Shown here: in pieces, positions 21,466-31,011 of the stretch
Numbering within the stretch: the first letter of the stretch is position 1
Layout: the number at the start of each line of letters is the position of its first letter
The notes under the pieces: model-generated
Databases searched by the model: none
Told to the model about the DNA's origin: nothing
The model's input: only the letters and a program-made list of their open reading frames with translations
Source: Patescibacteria group bacterium
GTDB lineage: Bacteria; Patescibacteriota; Patescibacteriia; JAHJFT01
Length of the DNA stretch: 64,000 nt
Direction: 5' to 3'
Assembly (NCBI GenBank): GCA_028710985.1
Contig: JAQTTB010000001.1
Location: 523,014-587,013, forward strand
Position numbers and translations under genes: made by a program

Positions 21466-22338
21466 ATGGCAAACACAAATAGTTTTACCGAAGAAGAGCA
21501 GAAGCGCACGAAATTACTCGCCTTGAGCTATTGGTATGTCACGCACAAGGTCAAGCTGCGCCGCGTCGGGCTGGGCATCCTAATCGGCATGGCCGCAATT
21601 TTTTGGCTGTACGCTCTCTGGGGAGTGCTGGATCTTTTTGTAATATCATATTCAAGATATAAGGCCATGATGAATGACCTAACTTCAGGGCCGGCTTATT
21701 CGCAGGAATGGATTCGCGTCAACGCGCCGCGGCCGATCGATGCGGGTACGGCCCGGGTTTTCCCGAGCGGCGAAAAATTTGATTTTTTGGCTAAAATTAG
21801 CAATGAAAGCCCGATATTTTGGGCCGAATTCAACTATAAATTCACCTTCGCGGGCGGCGAAACCACCCGGCGCCACGGCTTTATCCTGCCGACCGAAGAA
21901 AAATGGCTGGCTGAATTGGCTTTTTCCGGCACGGCCCGACCCGAGAGCGCCAAGCTTGTTTTGGAAGACGTCGCTCGGCATCGACTAGATGCGCACGAGG
22001 TTCCGGATTATGGGGAATGGAAAAATGAACGCTTCAATTTCAAAATTACGGATATTGCGCAGGAATCCGCACTTTCGCTCGGAAAAGGTACGGTCATGAA
22101 AACAAAATTTACGGTGCAGAATCTCTCGGCATACGGATACCGGAGCGTGGGGTTTTACGTCATCGCTTACCGTGGCGCTACGCCGTCCGGAGTAAATTTT
22201 GTCGCATTGAGTGATTTTCGCTCCGGGGAAACCCGCGCGGTTGAAGTAAGCTGGTTTGACAGTTTGGCGCAGGTAAGTAAAATGGAGATTGCGCCCGAAG
22301 TCAATATTTTTGACGAGGGCAATTACCTGCCGCTCTAA
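21466..22338 (+). CDS. hypothetical membrane-anchored protein
   Basis: 290-aa ORF with one TM helix (LGILIGMAAIFWLYALWGVL). Confidence 0.5.
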   Translation: MANTNSFTEEEQKRTKLLALSYWYVTHKVKLRRVGLGILIGMAAIFWLYALWGVLDLFVISYSRYKAMMNDLTSGPAYSQEWIRVNAPRPIDAGTARVFPSGEKFDFLAKISNESPIFWAEFNYKFTFAGGETTRRHGFILPTEEKWLAELAFSGTARPESAKLVLEDVARHRLDAHEVPDYGEWKNERFNFKITDIAQESALSLGKGTVMKTKFTVQNLSAYGYRSVGFYVIAYRGATPSGVNFVALSDFRSGETRAVEVSWFDSLAQVSKMEIAPEVNIFDEGNYLPL

Positions 22339-23430
22339 ATGTTTGTAAAACTAAAAAATTTCGACTGGATTTTGTTTGCTGCGGTTTTTTTATTGTGCTG
22401 TATCGGCCTCGCGGCTATTTATTCGGTGGCGCTCTCTCAGCAGGAACCGGATTTTTTTAATTTCAAAAAACAACTGGCCGTGCTCGCAGTCGGAGTAATT
22501 GTTATTTTTTTCATCGCCGCGTCCAATTATCGGTTGCTTCGGAATTACCGTCGGTTAATTTATATCGGCGGCCTCGCGCTGCTTGCCGGCGTATTGCTTT
22601 TTGGACAAACCATCCGCGGCACGACCGGCTGGTTCTCAATCGGCCCGCTCAATTTTCAGCCCGTTGAGCTCGCCAAGATTTGTCTCCTCGTGCTCATGGC
22701 GAGTTATTTGAGCGAGCGGAGCGGCATACATTTTGGTTTTAAACAGCTCGTTGCGGTTTCGGCGCTTGGCGGCGCGTATATTCTGCTTGTCATGGGCCAG
22801 CCGGACCTTGGTTCCGCCATGGTGCTTTTTTCACTGTGGTTCGGCCTGCTTTTTTTCGGCAATACCCGGAAAAGATTTATCGCCCTGATACTTGTCGCAA
22901 TTATCATGGTCAGTATCTTTGGATGGTTTTTTGGACTCCAGGATTTTCAGCGCGACCGCGTGCTTACTTTTTTGGACCCGGAGCGCGATCCACTCGGTCA
23001 GGGATATAACGTAACTCAGGCCGTAATTGCAATTGGCGCCGGCGGATTTTTTGGTCGCGGCCTGGGCTTCGGCTCGCAGTCCCAGCTGAAATTCCTGCCT
23101 GAAAGCCAGACTGATTTTATTTTCGCGGTCGTTGCCGAAGAGCTTGGACTCGTCGGGGTCGCTCTCATGATCGGTCTTTTTTCCATCGTACTCTGGCGTC
23201 TCTTTAAAATCTGTGCTAGGTCGGGCGATGATTTCAGCCTTTTTTTGGCGCTCGGCATCATTATTCTGCTCGCGACGCAGATCGGAGTGAACATCGCCAT
23301 GAATCTCGGCTGGTTCCCGGTCACCGGCATCACTCTGCCCTTCTTGAGCTACGGCGCCAGTTCGCTTCTTACTTTTCTCTTGATGATCGGCATTGCCGAA
23401 AGCATCGCGGTGCATGAGGCGCCGCGCTAA
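22339..23430 (+). CDS. SEDS-family peptidoglycan glycosyltransferase (FtsW/RodA)
   Basis: About ten TM helices and FtsW/RodA/SpoVE-type conserved blocks. Confidence 0.88.
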   Translation: MFVKLKNFDWILFAAVFLLCCIGLAAIYSVALSQQEPDFFNFKKQLAVLAVGVIVIFFIAASNYRLLRNYRRLIYIGGLALLAGVLLFGQTIRGTTGWFSIGPLNFQPVELAKICLLVLMASYLSERSGIHFGFKQLVAVSALGGAYILLVMGQPDLGSAMVLFSLWFGLLFFGNTRKRFIALILVAIIMVSIFGWFFGLQDFQRDRVLTFLDPERDPLGQGYNVTQAVIAIGAGGFFGRGLGFGSQSQLKFLPESQTDFIFAVVAEELGLVGVALMIGLFSIVLWRLFKICARSGDDFSLFLALGIIILLATQIGVNIAMNLGWFPVTGITLPFLSYGASSLLTFLLMIGIAESIAVHEAPR

Positions 23431-23468
23431 CCCTGTCGCAATCGTGCGCATTCTGCTATCATATACCT

Positions 23469-23804
23469 ATGTTTAATTTCAACAGCCAATTTTCCCTGCC
23501 GGAGAATCTGAAGATAATGGGCAATTGTCCGCTCTGCGGGAGCTCGACGCAAAAGCTTGAGGCGCGCGTTTTGCGCGAAACGACCGAGAATCAGCTCGTT
23601 CATCTTCATTGCGCCGCGTGCCTTGGATCCGTCATTGCGCTTTTTATGGCCTCCGGAGTCGGGGTTGCCTCGTACGGCCTGATTACGGACTTGAGCTACG
23701 ATGATGTACTTAAATTCCGCAATTCCGACGAGCTCACCCTGGACCATGTGATTCGCGCCCACGAAGAGGTTGATTCTCCGCAATTTTTGGCTAAGATTTC
23801 CTAA
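23469..23804 (+). CDS. hypothetical zinc-ribbon protein
   Basis: CPLCG...HCAAC motif. Competes with an antisense ORF 23427..23843, so confidence is low. Confidence 0.3.
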   Translation: MFNFNSQFSLPENLKIMGNCPLCGSSTQKLEARVLRETTENQLVHLHCAACLGSVIALFMASGVGVASYGLITDLSYDDVLKFRNSDELTLDHVIRAHEEVDSPQFLAKIS

Positions 23805-23865
23805 TCTTGACAGCCGGAGCGGATTCTGGTTAAATATAGGCACATTTTAAATATTTTTAGAGAAT

Positions 23866-24594
23866 ATGACTGAACTCACTTTAAACGTTAATAAGCGCGC
23901 CGACGGTGCCGACAAGGCCAGGGCCCTGGTCCGCCAGAGTTTGGTTCCGGGCGTTGTCTACGGACACGGCATTGCGAACCAAAATATTGTTTTAGAAAAA
24001 AACGTGCTGGAAAAAATATATAAAGCGGCCGGCGAAGCAAAACTCATTGATCTTAAAATCGGCGATGATAAGCCGGTCAAGGTTTTGATACAGGATATTC
24101 AGAGAGAACCGGTGCATGATATGCCGATTCATGTTGATTTTCGCCAGGTGCGCATGGATGAAAAAATTATTGCCGACATGGTCATCAAATTCATCGGCGA
24201 GTCGGCGGCCGTCAAAGAACTCGGCGGCACGCTGGTTAAAAATTATTACACCCTGCAGGTTGAATGTATGCCGAGCGAGCTTTCCAATGAGATCGTTGTC
24301 GATATTTCAAATCTCAAAAATTTTGAGGACGTAATTCGGGTAAAGGATCTTGCAATACCGCCGTCAATCCATGTTTTGGATGAGCCGGAGCGCAGCATCG
24401 CGGTGGTTAAGCCGCCGATGACCGAAGCCGAGATTGCTGAACTTGAAAAAGCGCCGGCCGCCGGCGTTGATCAGGTTGAAGTTGCCGCCAAGGGCAAGGC
24501 CCCGGAAGAGGGTGAAGAAGGCGCCGAAGAAGCCGCTCCTGCGGCTGGTGCGAAACCCGAAAAAGAAGAGCCAAAAAAAGAGAAAAACAAATGA
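23866..24594 (+). CDS. rplY: 50S ribosomal protein L25 (Ctc/general-stress form)
   Basis: L25 N-domain plus C-terminal domain and acidic/Lys tail. Confidence 0.9.
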   Translation: MTELTLNVNKRADGADKARALVRQSLVPGVVYGHGIANQNIVLEKNVLEKIYKAAGEAKLIDLKIGDDKPVKVLIQDIQREPVHDMPIHVDFRQVRMDEKIIADMVIKFIGESAAVKELGGTLVKNYYTLQVECMPSELSNEIVVDISNLKNFEDVIRVKDLAIPPSIHVLDEPERSIAVVKPPMTEAEIAELEKAPAAGVDQVEVAAKGKAPEEGEEGAEEAAPAAGAKPEKEEPKKEKNK

Positions 24595-25691
24595 AAATCG
24601 CGATCCGTGAGTTAGCAAACAAAATTTTTAAACACGCCGAAGATTCGGGTGCGGAACGACGAAGAAAGTTACTTCTCGCCGCGCTTGCTCTCGGCGTTGT
24701 TTTAATTTGCGCCGCGTCAGTCGGGACATATCTCACGGTCGCTTCGCGCTATGCCACGCCCGCGGTTTCCGATGAGCCGTCCTCGGCAGTGGCTGCGGAT
24801 ACCGCGCCGAGAACAATTGACGGCGTGATGGCTGCGGCCGGCCGCACGAATCTTGTACCCATTGCCGCGATGATTGAAAACCACATTGAATCGCGGCCGC
24901 CGTCCGGCATCTCGCGCGCGAGCCTGGTATTCGAAGCCCCGGCCGAGGCGGGCATCACGCGGTTCTTGGCGATTTTTGACCAGGATTTTTCAAGCGATGA
25001 AGTCGGCCCGGTCCGTTCGGCGCGCGATTATTATCTTGACTGGGCGGCCGAGTTCGGTGCGCTGTACGCGCATTGCGGCGGCAGTCCGCTTGCTTTGCAG
25101 AAGATTCCGTCATATCCGATTTTTGACCTGAACGAATTTTACAACGGCCGTTTTTTCTGGCGCGATAACGAACGCACGGCGCCGCATAATGTTTATTCAA
25201 ATTCCGATTTGCTCCGCCAGGCGGTTGAGGCCAAAGAGATGGACGCGGTCGCGGCTTACGAATCATGGCGCTTTAAAGACGATCAGCCGTCCGCTGCGCC
25301 GTCAGCGAATGAAATTACAATTAATTTTTCCACGCCCGCATATCTCACGCGCTGGGTCTACGCGTCCGGTACCAATGAATATGTGAGATTCCACGGCGAA
25401 GTTCAGCATATAGAAAAAAACGGCGACGCCATTAAAGCCAAAAATATCGCCATTGTCGTCACCGAAGCCACGGTGATTGATTACGAGGGCCGTCTGAATC
25501 TCCGCACCCTCGGCAAGGGCAAGGCCTGGGTTTTCCGCGACGGCGGCGCGCTTGAGGCGACCTGGCAGAAAGACGATATTCAGGACCGCCTGCGCTTCTA
25601 TGATGTCACCGGCCGGGAGATTGAATTCAACCGCGGCGTGACGTGGGTGGAAGTGGCAACCGACGCCTCTAAAATAAAATACTCAAAATAA
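24591..25691 (+). CDS. DUF3048-like membrane-anchored protein
   Basis: N-terminal TM anchor; GITRFLAIF, SARDYYLDWA and HCGGS blocks typical of YerB/DUF3048-like proteins (assigned from memory). Confidence 0.45.
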   Translation: MKIAIRELANKIFKHAEDSGAERRRKLLLAALALGVVLICAASVGTYLTVASRYATPAVSDEPSSAVAADTAPRTIDGVMAAAGRTNLVPIAAMIENHIESRPPSGISRASLVFEAPAEAGITRFLAIFDQDFSSDEVGPVRSARDYYLDWAAEFGALYAHCGGSPLALQKIPSYPIFDLNEFYNGRFFWRDNERTAPHNVYSNSDLLRQAVEAKEMDAVAAYESWRFKDDQPSAAPSANEITINFSTPAYLTRWVYASGTNEYVRFHGEVQHIEKNGDAIKAKNIAIVVTEATVIDYEGRLNLRTLGKGKAWVFRDGGALEATWQKDDIQDRLRFYDVTGREIEFNRGVTWVEVATDASKIKYSK

Positions 25692-25700
25692 AAAAATAAA

Positions 25701-25730
25701 TGTATGGGTCGCATATATGCGCCCCGTACA
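25701..25730. terminator. bidirectional hairpin terminator (GCATATATGC-loop family)
   Basis: TGTATGGGTCGCATATATGCGCCCCGTACA between convergent genes. Confidence 0.55.
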
Positions 25731-25731
25731 T

Positions 25732-26583
25732 TTATTTTCCCCACCCAATTACTCTCACCCGTCCGCACATATCGTCATACGGTTTAATCCGGTCGCGCGG
25801 GCCGATAAATTTGATTATTTTTTTGCCCTGCTCGGGATCAATTTCGAAATATGACTGCATGGAGTTGAGATTTGGCAAAATTTTCCGAATCTCGTTGATT
25901 AGCCGTCCGTAATATTTAAGTCCGTCTTTGCCGCCGTCAAGCGCGGCGCGCGGCTCGTATTTTTTCACATCCGCGGGGCACTCGCGCCACACCGCGGTCG
26001 GAAGATAGGGGAGATTGGCCACGATCAAAATATTGGGATTCTTTTTCCAGAATTCAATCGGCAAAGCCTTGAGCAAATCGGATTTTATAAAATCAATCTT
26101 TGCGCCAAGTTTTTTCGCGTTTTGTCGCGCGGTCTTAAGCGCGGCCGCCGAATTATCAATCGCAATGACTTTTACGCGCGGCTTGTTTTTGGCAATCGCA
26201 ATGGCAAGCGCGCCCGAGCCGGTACCTACATCGATTACGGCTGCGCGCGGATGTTTATTCAAATACTTCAACGCCAGGCTCACAAGCATTTCGCTTTCCG
26301 GCCGTGGAATAAGAACCTTTTTATTCACGCCGATCTTGAGTTTGTAAAAATATTTTATGCCCGTGAGATAGGCGACTGGCTCATGCCTGGTGCGGCGCCG
26401 AATTAACTTGGTAAATCGCGCCAGCTCCGGTGCTCGCAATTCTCTGTCCCGGTGCGCGAACAAAAAAACCCGGTCGCGTCCGAGCGCGTGCGCCAATAGA
26501 ATTTCGGCATCGAGATCTGGTGAATCAATATGATTCTGTTGTAAAATTTTCATTGCCCTGGAAAGGGCTTGGGTGATGGTCAT
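25732..26583 (-). CDS. prmC: release-factor glutamine methyltransferase PrmC/HemK (with C-terminal extension)
   Basis: SAM-binding VIDVGTGSGA and NLPY (NPPY-type) motifs. Confidence 0.9.
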   Translation of the reverse strand: MTITQALSRAMKILQQNHIDSPDLDAEILLAHALGRDRVFLFAHRDRELRAPELARFTKLIRRRTRHEPVAYLTGIKYFYKLKIGVNKKVLIPRPESEMLVSLALKYLNKHPRAAVIDVGTGSGALAIAIAKNKPRVKVIAIDNSAAALKTARQNAKKLGAKIDFIKSDLLKALPIEFWKKNPNILIVANLPYLPTAVWRECPADVKKYEPRAALDGGKDGLKYYGRLINEIRKILPNLNSMQSYFEIDPEQGKKIIKFIGPRDRIKPYDDMCGRVRVIGWGK

Positions 26584-26617
26584 ATCGTTATCATATCATG
26601 TTTATTGCATCATTCGG

Positions 26618-26645
26618 TAGGGGCGTATTGCAATACGCCCCTACA
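26618..26645. repeat. REP-like perfect palindrome GTAGGGGCGTATTGCAATACGCCCCTAC
   Basis: 28-nt perfect inverted repeat. Member of the GTAGGGGCG...CGCCCCTAC family. Confidence 0.7.
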
Positions 26646-26776
26646 AGACGACCGCGCATTGACAACCCGGCGCGATTTTGGTACAAATCAATATCCCGCC
26701 GGAATATTTCCGGCCGGAAAACCATGGGTAAGGCTGGCGTCGCAATGCGGCGTTGGTAGGCCCAAGGAGGAAAGAG

Positions 26777-27388
26777 ATGTCCGAAAAGAAAATGATGAGT
26801 CCGAGGCAACTTCGCGAGCTCATGGCCGTGGTCAGCCGGCACCTGTCTATTCATCTGCCGGCCAAGGTGGCGCAGAGCGTGATCGACAAGCCCGGCGATT
26901 TGGAGTTTGAGCTCTGCGAGCTCTTCTGGCGCATCGCCGAAGCGAACGAGAAGGCAAGAAGGGCGGTGGAAGCGAAGCACATCATCGACTGCGACGCCGA
27001 CCCCTATCTGCTCGGCCTCTTCACCGTGGAAGAGCACCGGAGAAGCGGTCAGTTGGAGTGGGACCCGGACAAGGTCGTTCTTTACCTTTCCGATTTGCAG
27101 AGGGGTCGTAGTGTTGTCCAGGGCCACGCGCTCCGCAAGGAACTCCAAAATCAGTCGGTTCTGAACGCCTGCGTCCTGGATTACCTGCTCGTTCATCCAA
27201 ACCTCATTCCCATCATGTGGATGAGGATGCGGGTCTACTTCTGGGGTACGATTTATTGCGATCGAGAAGGTGACCTCTGCGTTCGCGGCCTCTTCTGGGA
27301 AGACGAAAAAGGGTGGTTCTGGCGCTACAAGCATCTTTCGCACGATTTCTACCGCGACGACACCGCGGCGGTTTCTGCAAGCGTCTAG
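26777..27388 (+). CDS. hypothetical Trp-rich protein
   Basis: 203-aa ORF (MSEKKMMSPRQL...) with a strong GGAGGAAAGAG SD. Bracketed by REP palindromes and a CCCGTTTGCATTAAATTGCAACGGG plus T-run terminator. Confidence 0.45.
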   Translation: MSEKKMMSPRQLRELMAVVSRHLSIHLPAKVAQSVIDKPGDLEFELCELFWRIAEANEKARRAVEAKHIIDCDADPYLLGLFTVEEHRRSGQLEWDPDKVVLYLSDLQRGRSVVQGHALRKELQNQSVLNACVLDYLLVHPNLIPIMWMRMRVYFWGTIYCDREGDLCVRGLFWEDEKGWFWRYKHLSHDFYRDDTAAVSASV

Positions 27389-27621
27389 TAGCGGCGCATT
27401 GCAATACGCTGCTACGCGCCGACCCCCTGACCCGTTTGCATTAAATTGCAACGGGTCTTTTTTATTTAAATGCGAGTAGGGGCGGACCCCTGCGTCCGCC
27501 CTGTTCGTCGGGCGTCCGCCCCTACCATTTGTCGTCACCAACAAACGGCCGGTCGTCGATTTTCACCGCGTAGGGGCGAACGGCCGTTCGCCCCTACCGT
27601 TGATCCGTAATACGCCCCTAC
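27388..27621. repeat. cluster of four GTAGGGGCG-family palindromes plus a half-site
   Basis: Palindromes at 27388-27415 (GTAGCGGCGCATTGCAATACGCTGCTAC), 27476-27526 (GTAGGGGCGGAC...GTCCGCCCCTAC) and 27570-27597 (GTAGGGGCGAACGGCCGTTCGCCCCTAC), plus the half-site AATACGCCCCTAC at 27609-27621. Confidence 0.7.
27429..27467 (+). terminator. intrinsic terminator of the 26777 gene
   Basis: GACCCGTTTGCATTAAATTGCAACGGGTC followed by TTTTTTATTT. Confidence 0.6.
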
Positions 27622-27645
27622 CGGCGCAACCCCAATTCATTCCAT

Positions 27646-27673
27646 TTGATTTTAGGGGGAGGTATGATACAAT
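27646..27673 (+). promoter_or_regulatory. putative promoter of paralog A
   Basis: TTGATT, 16-nt spacer, TACAAT. Confidence 0.35.
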
Positions 27674-27701
27674 AATATCAATTTAAAATTAAATTAAAAT
27701 T

Positions 27702-28421
27702 ATGGACAAAATCAACCCATCCATGCCCGGCGAGGCAAAAAATATGTCCGCGGTCTGGATAATCGTCGCCATCGTAATCGTCGCCGTCGCGCTCGGCGGA
27801 TTAATGTATTATTTTCAAACCCTGTCGCAAGAAAAATTCGTTGCGCAGGAACAGGCGATTAATGATTTGCGCGAAGAACTTGGTCAGCCGACGGTCGTGG
27901 CTGAGGAAGGGGTGGAAGAGGAAGGTTCGGCCGAGGAAGAATATCTTACCTTTGAATCCGAACCAGTTTCTGTTTTACCCGAGATATTCTCGTTTGAATA
28001 TGCCAAAGGTTGGCATATTTATCATGAATATGATCATGGATGGGGCGAGGAAAAAGAAATTAGCAAAATATTAGTTTCGCCTGACCCGCTTCAGATTGCG
28101 CTTGACGCCGAATATTTACCTCAAGTTTATATTCTTGTCGATTTTGACTCCGTGGATACTCTTGATGAGTTCGTCGATCGGAAGTATGGAGATTCGGTGG
28201 AAACGAGTGAGGACGTAATAATTGCCAACTATCCCGGAAAAAAGATACACGTTGTAGATGACAAGATCAGCGGAGAAGATATTGAGGTTTATGCCTTCGT
28301 ATCCCCCAATGCCGCGTATTCTATTTATATTTATTATCCCGGCATAAAACAAGCAAGCATTGACCTCCCGGCAGAATATCAGCGCATCATTGATTCATTC
28401 AAGATTGAGTCAGGCAGTTAA
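27702..28421 (+). CDS. paralog A: N-terminally membrane-anchored secreted protein with acidic linker
   Basis: MDKINPSMPGEAKNMSAVWIIVAIVIVAVALGG signal-anchor. First ~55 aa are ~90% identical to paralog B and the C-terminal domain is unrelated. GGGGGAGG SD. Confidence 0.6.
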   Translation: MDKINPSMPGEAKNMSAVWIIVAIVIVAVALGGLMYYFQTLSQEKFVAQEQAINDLREELGQPTVVAEEGVEEEGSAEEEYLTFESEPVSVLPEIFSFEYAKGWHIYHEYDHGWGEEKEISKILVSPDPLQIALDAEYLPQVYILVDFDSVDTLDEFVDRKYGDSVETSEDVIIANYPGKKIHVVDDKISGEDIEVYAFVSPNAAYSIYIYYPGIKQASIDLPAEYQRIIDSFKIESGS

Positions 28422-28475
28422 TCGCACGATTCAAAAAAGGCCGCGCGTTTATTGCCGGCCTTTTTGAATATACGC

Positions 28476-28545
28476 GCAGGGGCGTATTGTCGCGTAGGGG
28501 CGAACGGCCGTTCGCCCCTACCGTTGATCCGCAATACGCCCCTAC
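28476..28545. repeat. second copy of the GTAGGGGCG palindrome block
   Basis: GCAGGGGCGTATTG half-site, GTAGGGGCGAACGGCCGTTCGCCCCTAC (28494-28521) and the AATACGCCCCTAC half-site. The ~95-nt block 28487-28581 is near-identical to 27563-27657. Confidence 0.7.
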
Positions 28546-28570
28546 CGGCGCAACCCCAATTCATTCCATT

Positions 28571-28600
28571 TGATTTTATCCGGGGGGGGGGTGGTATAAT
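28571..28600 (+). promoter_or_regulatory. promoter of paralog B with a G10 homopolymer in the spacer (candidate phase-variable promoter)
   Basis: TTGATT (28571-28576); the spacer contains G10 (28582-28591); extended -10 TGGTATAAT. Spacer is 18 nt with G10 and would be 17 nt with G9. Confidence 0.45.
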
Positions 28601-28630
28601 GCAATCAATAATTAAATCATTAAAATACAT

Positions 28631-29233
28631 ATGGACAAACTAAATGCATCCATGCCCGGCGTGGCAAAAAATATGTCCGCGGTCTGGATTATCGTCGCTA
28701 TCATCATCGTTGCCGCAATTCTCGGCGGAATGATGTATTATTTTCAAACCCTGTCGCAAGAAAAATTCGTTGCGCAGGAAGAGGCGATTGAGGCTCTACG
28801 CGCCGAGTTAAGCGAACCGGCCGCTTCAACTGCGGTAGAAGAAGAGGAGGCGGTTGCGGGAGATCAGGCCAAAGTCGAAGCAATTGATGAGCTTCAATAT
28901 GAAAACGATTATTATGGATTCAGCCTGTCATTCCCAGAGACATGGAGGGGCTATTCCGTTTATCATGAAGCCAATTCAATACATTTTGGTTTCGCGGCGG
29001 AGAAAGATCTCATGGCGATAGAAGTGATGGATTTGGAGGATTGGAAGATAATGAAAAAAGAATTGGATCTTCCGGGCCATGAAGCCGATGCGCTCTATAG
29101 CGCAGCCTACAGGGGCGAGAATGATAATTTCGCATTCTTTGGATGGGCGGCCCAAGACACGGTAAACGATGAGTTTATTCTTTCCAGAAGGATGGAAGTA
29201 GGGTCAATAATTAAAACGTTTAAAGCGAAATAG
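28631..29233 (+). CDS. paralog B: N-terminally membrane-anchored secreted protein
   Basis: MDKLNASMPGVAKNMSAVWIIVAIIIVAAILGG. Shared leader and N-terminus with paralog A; distinct C-terminal domain. Confidence 0.6.
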   Translation: MDKLNASMPGVAKNMSAVWIIVAIIIVAAILGGMMYYFQTLSQEKFVAQEEAIEALRAELSEPAASTAVEEEEAVAGDQAKVEAIDELQYENDYYGFSLSFPETWRGYSVYHEANSIHFGFAAEKDLMAIEVMDLEDWKIMKKELDLPGHEADALYSAAYRGENDNFAFFGWAAQDTVNDEFILSRRMEVGSIIKTFKAK

Positions 29234-29239
29234 TTAAAT

Positions 29240-29290
29240 AAAAAATCGCCCCGACGTTCACTTCATTCAGTCGGGACGATTTTTATTTTC
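29240..29290. terminator. bidirectional terminator between paralog B and prfA
   Basis: ATCGCCCCGAC...GTCGGGACGAT hairpin flanked by A- and T-runs. Confidence 0.55.
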
Positions 29291-29310
29291 TCAGTTCCCG
29301 ATTCACCGAT

Positions 29311-30381
<1,071 letters not shown>

Positions 30382-30402
30382 AAAAATAAATAATGGATAT
30401 CC

Positions 30403-30544
30403 GCTCGTCGTCATTCCGAGCGAAGCCCCGATCGCAATCGGGGCAAAGCCGAGGAATCCCTTTTCTTCAATCCAGCCAGTCTGATTAAAGAGATTCCTCC
30501 GCTCATCCCCCGCGTTGCGGGGGACTCGGTCGGAATGACGAGCG
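30403..30544 (-). ncRNA. structured 5' leader of prfA with a 19-bp long-range stem enclosing GC hairpins (candidate regulatory RNA or MITE-like insert)
   Basis: CGCTCGTCGTCATTCCGAG (30403-30421) pairs with CTCGGTCGGAATGACGAGCG (30525-30544). Inner hairpins GCCCCGATCGCAATCGGGGC and CCCCCGCGTTGCGGGGG. Confidence 0.35.
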
Positions 30545-30556
30545 TTGTATTTAAAA

Positions 30557-30609
30557 ATCCCCGCGCGGGGATTTTGTGGGCGAGTGTAAGGGCGATTCAC
30601 GAATCGCCC
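30557..30609 (-). terminator. rpmE terminator, two hairpins
   Basis: GGGCGATTCACGAATCGCCC, then AATCCCCGCGCGGGGATTTT flanked by A- and T-runs. Confidence 0.6.
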
Positions 30610-30633
30610 AAAAACCGCCCGGCTGTAATTCAG

Positions 30634-30915
30634 CTATTTCTTGGCGGATTTTTTGGCAGTGGCGCGCTTGGCGCGTTTTGCTTTTTTGCCCTGTCGCGCG
30701 GCCGCGCTCGCGGTCTTTGCCTTAACCTTGGCCTGGAATTTTTCCACGCGGCGGGCGGTGTCCACGAGTTTCTGTTTGCCGGTATAAAAAGGATGGCACG
30801 CCGAACAAAGCTCAACATTGATTTCCGGCACGGTCGCGCCGGTTGTAAAGCTGTTGCCGCACGCGCAGGTCACGCGCGCATTCGGATAATAAGTTGGATG
30901 AATATCTTTTTTCAT
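30634..30915 (-). CDS. rpmE: 50S ribosomal protein L31 with Lys-rich C-terminal tail
   Basis: [23 protein letters not shown]...[10 protein letters not shown] zinc-ribbon L31 signature. Confidence 0.9.
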   Translation of the reverse strand: MKKDIHPTYYPNARVTCACGNSFTTGATVPEINVELCSACHPFYTGKQKLVDTARRVEKFQAKVKAKTASAAARQGKKAKRAKRATAKKSAKK

Positions 30916-30966
30916 AACAGCTCAAGTTTAGCATAAGCTAAATAATCATGCAAGTCTGGGTTTATA

Positions 30967-30995
30967 AAAAAAATCACCCCAAGAGACGGGGTGGA
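30967..30995. terminator. bidirectional hairpin TCACCCCAAGAGACGGGGTGA
   Basis: Flanked by A-run and T-run. Terminates the minus-strand 31012 gene. Confidence 0.5.
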
Positions 30996-31011
30996 AAAGG
31001 CAGTTGATTGG

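Noticed and set aside
26591-27544. 317-aa minus-strand ORF spanning the REP cluster and antisense to the 26777 gene
   Set aside because: No SD, and it crosses four perfect palindromes and a terminator. It is a typical GC-rich antisense open frame. The plus-strand gene has a strong SD and its own terminator.
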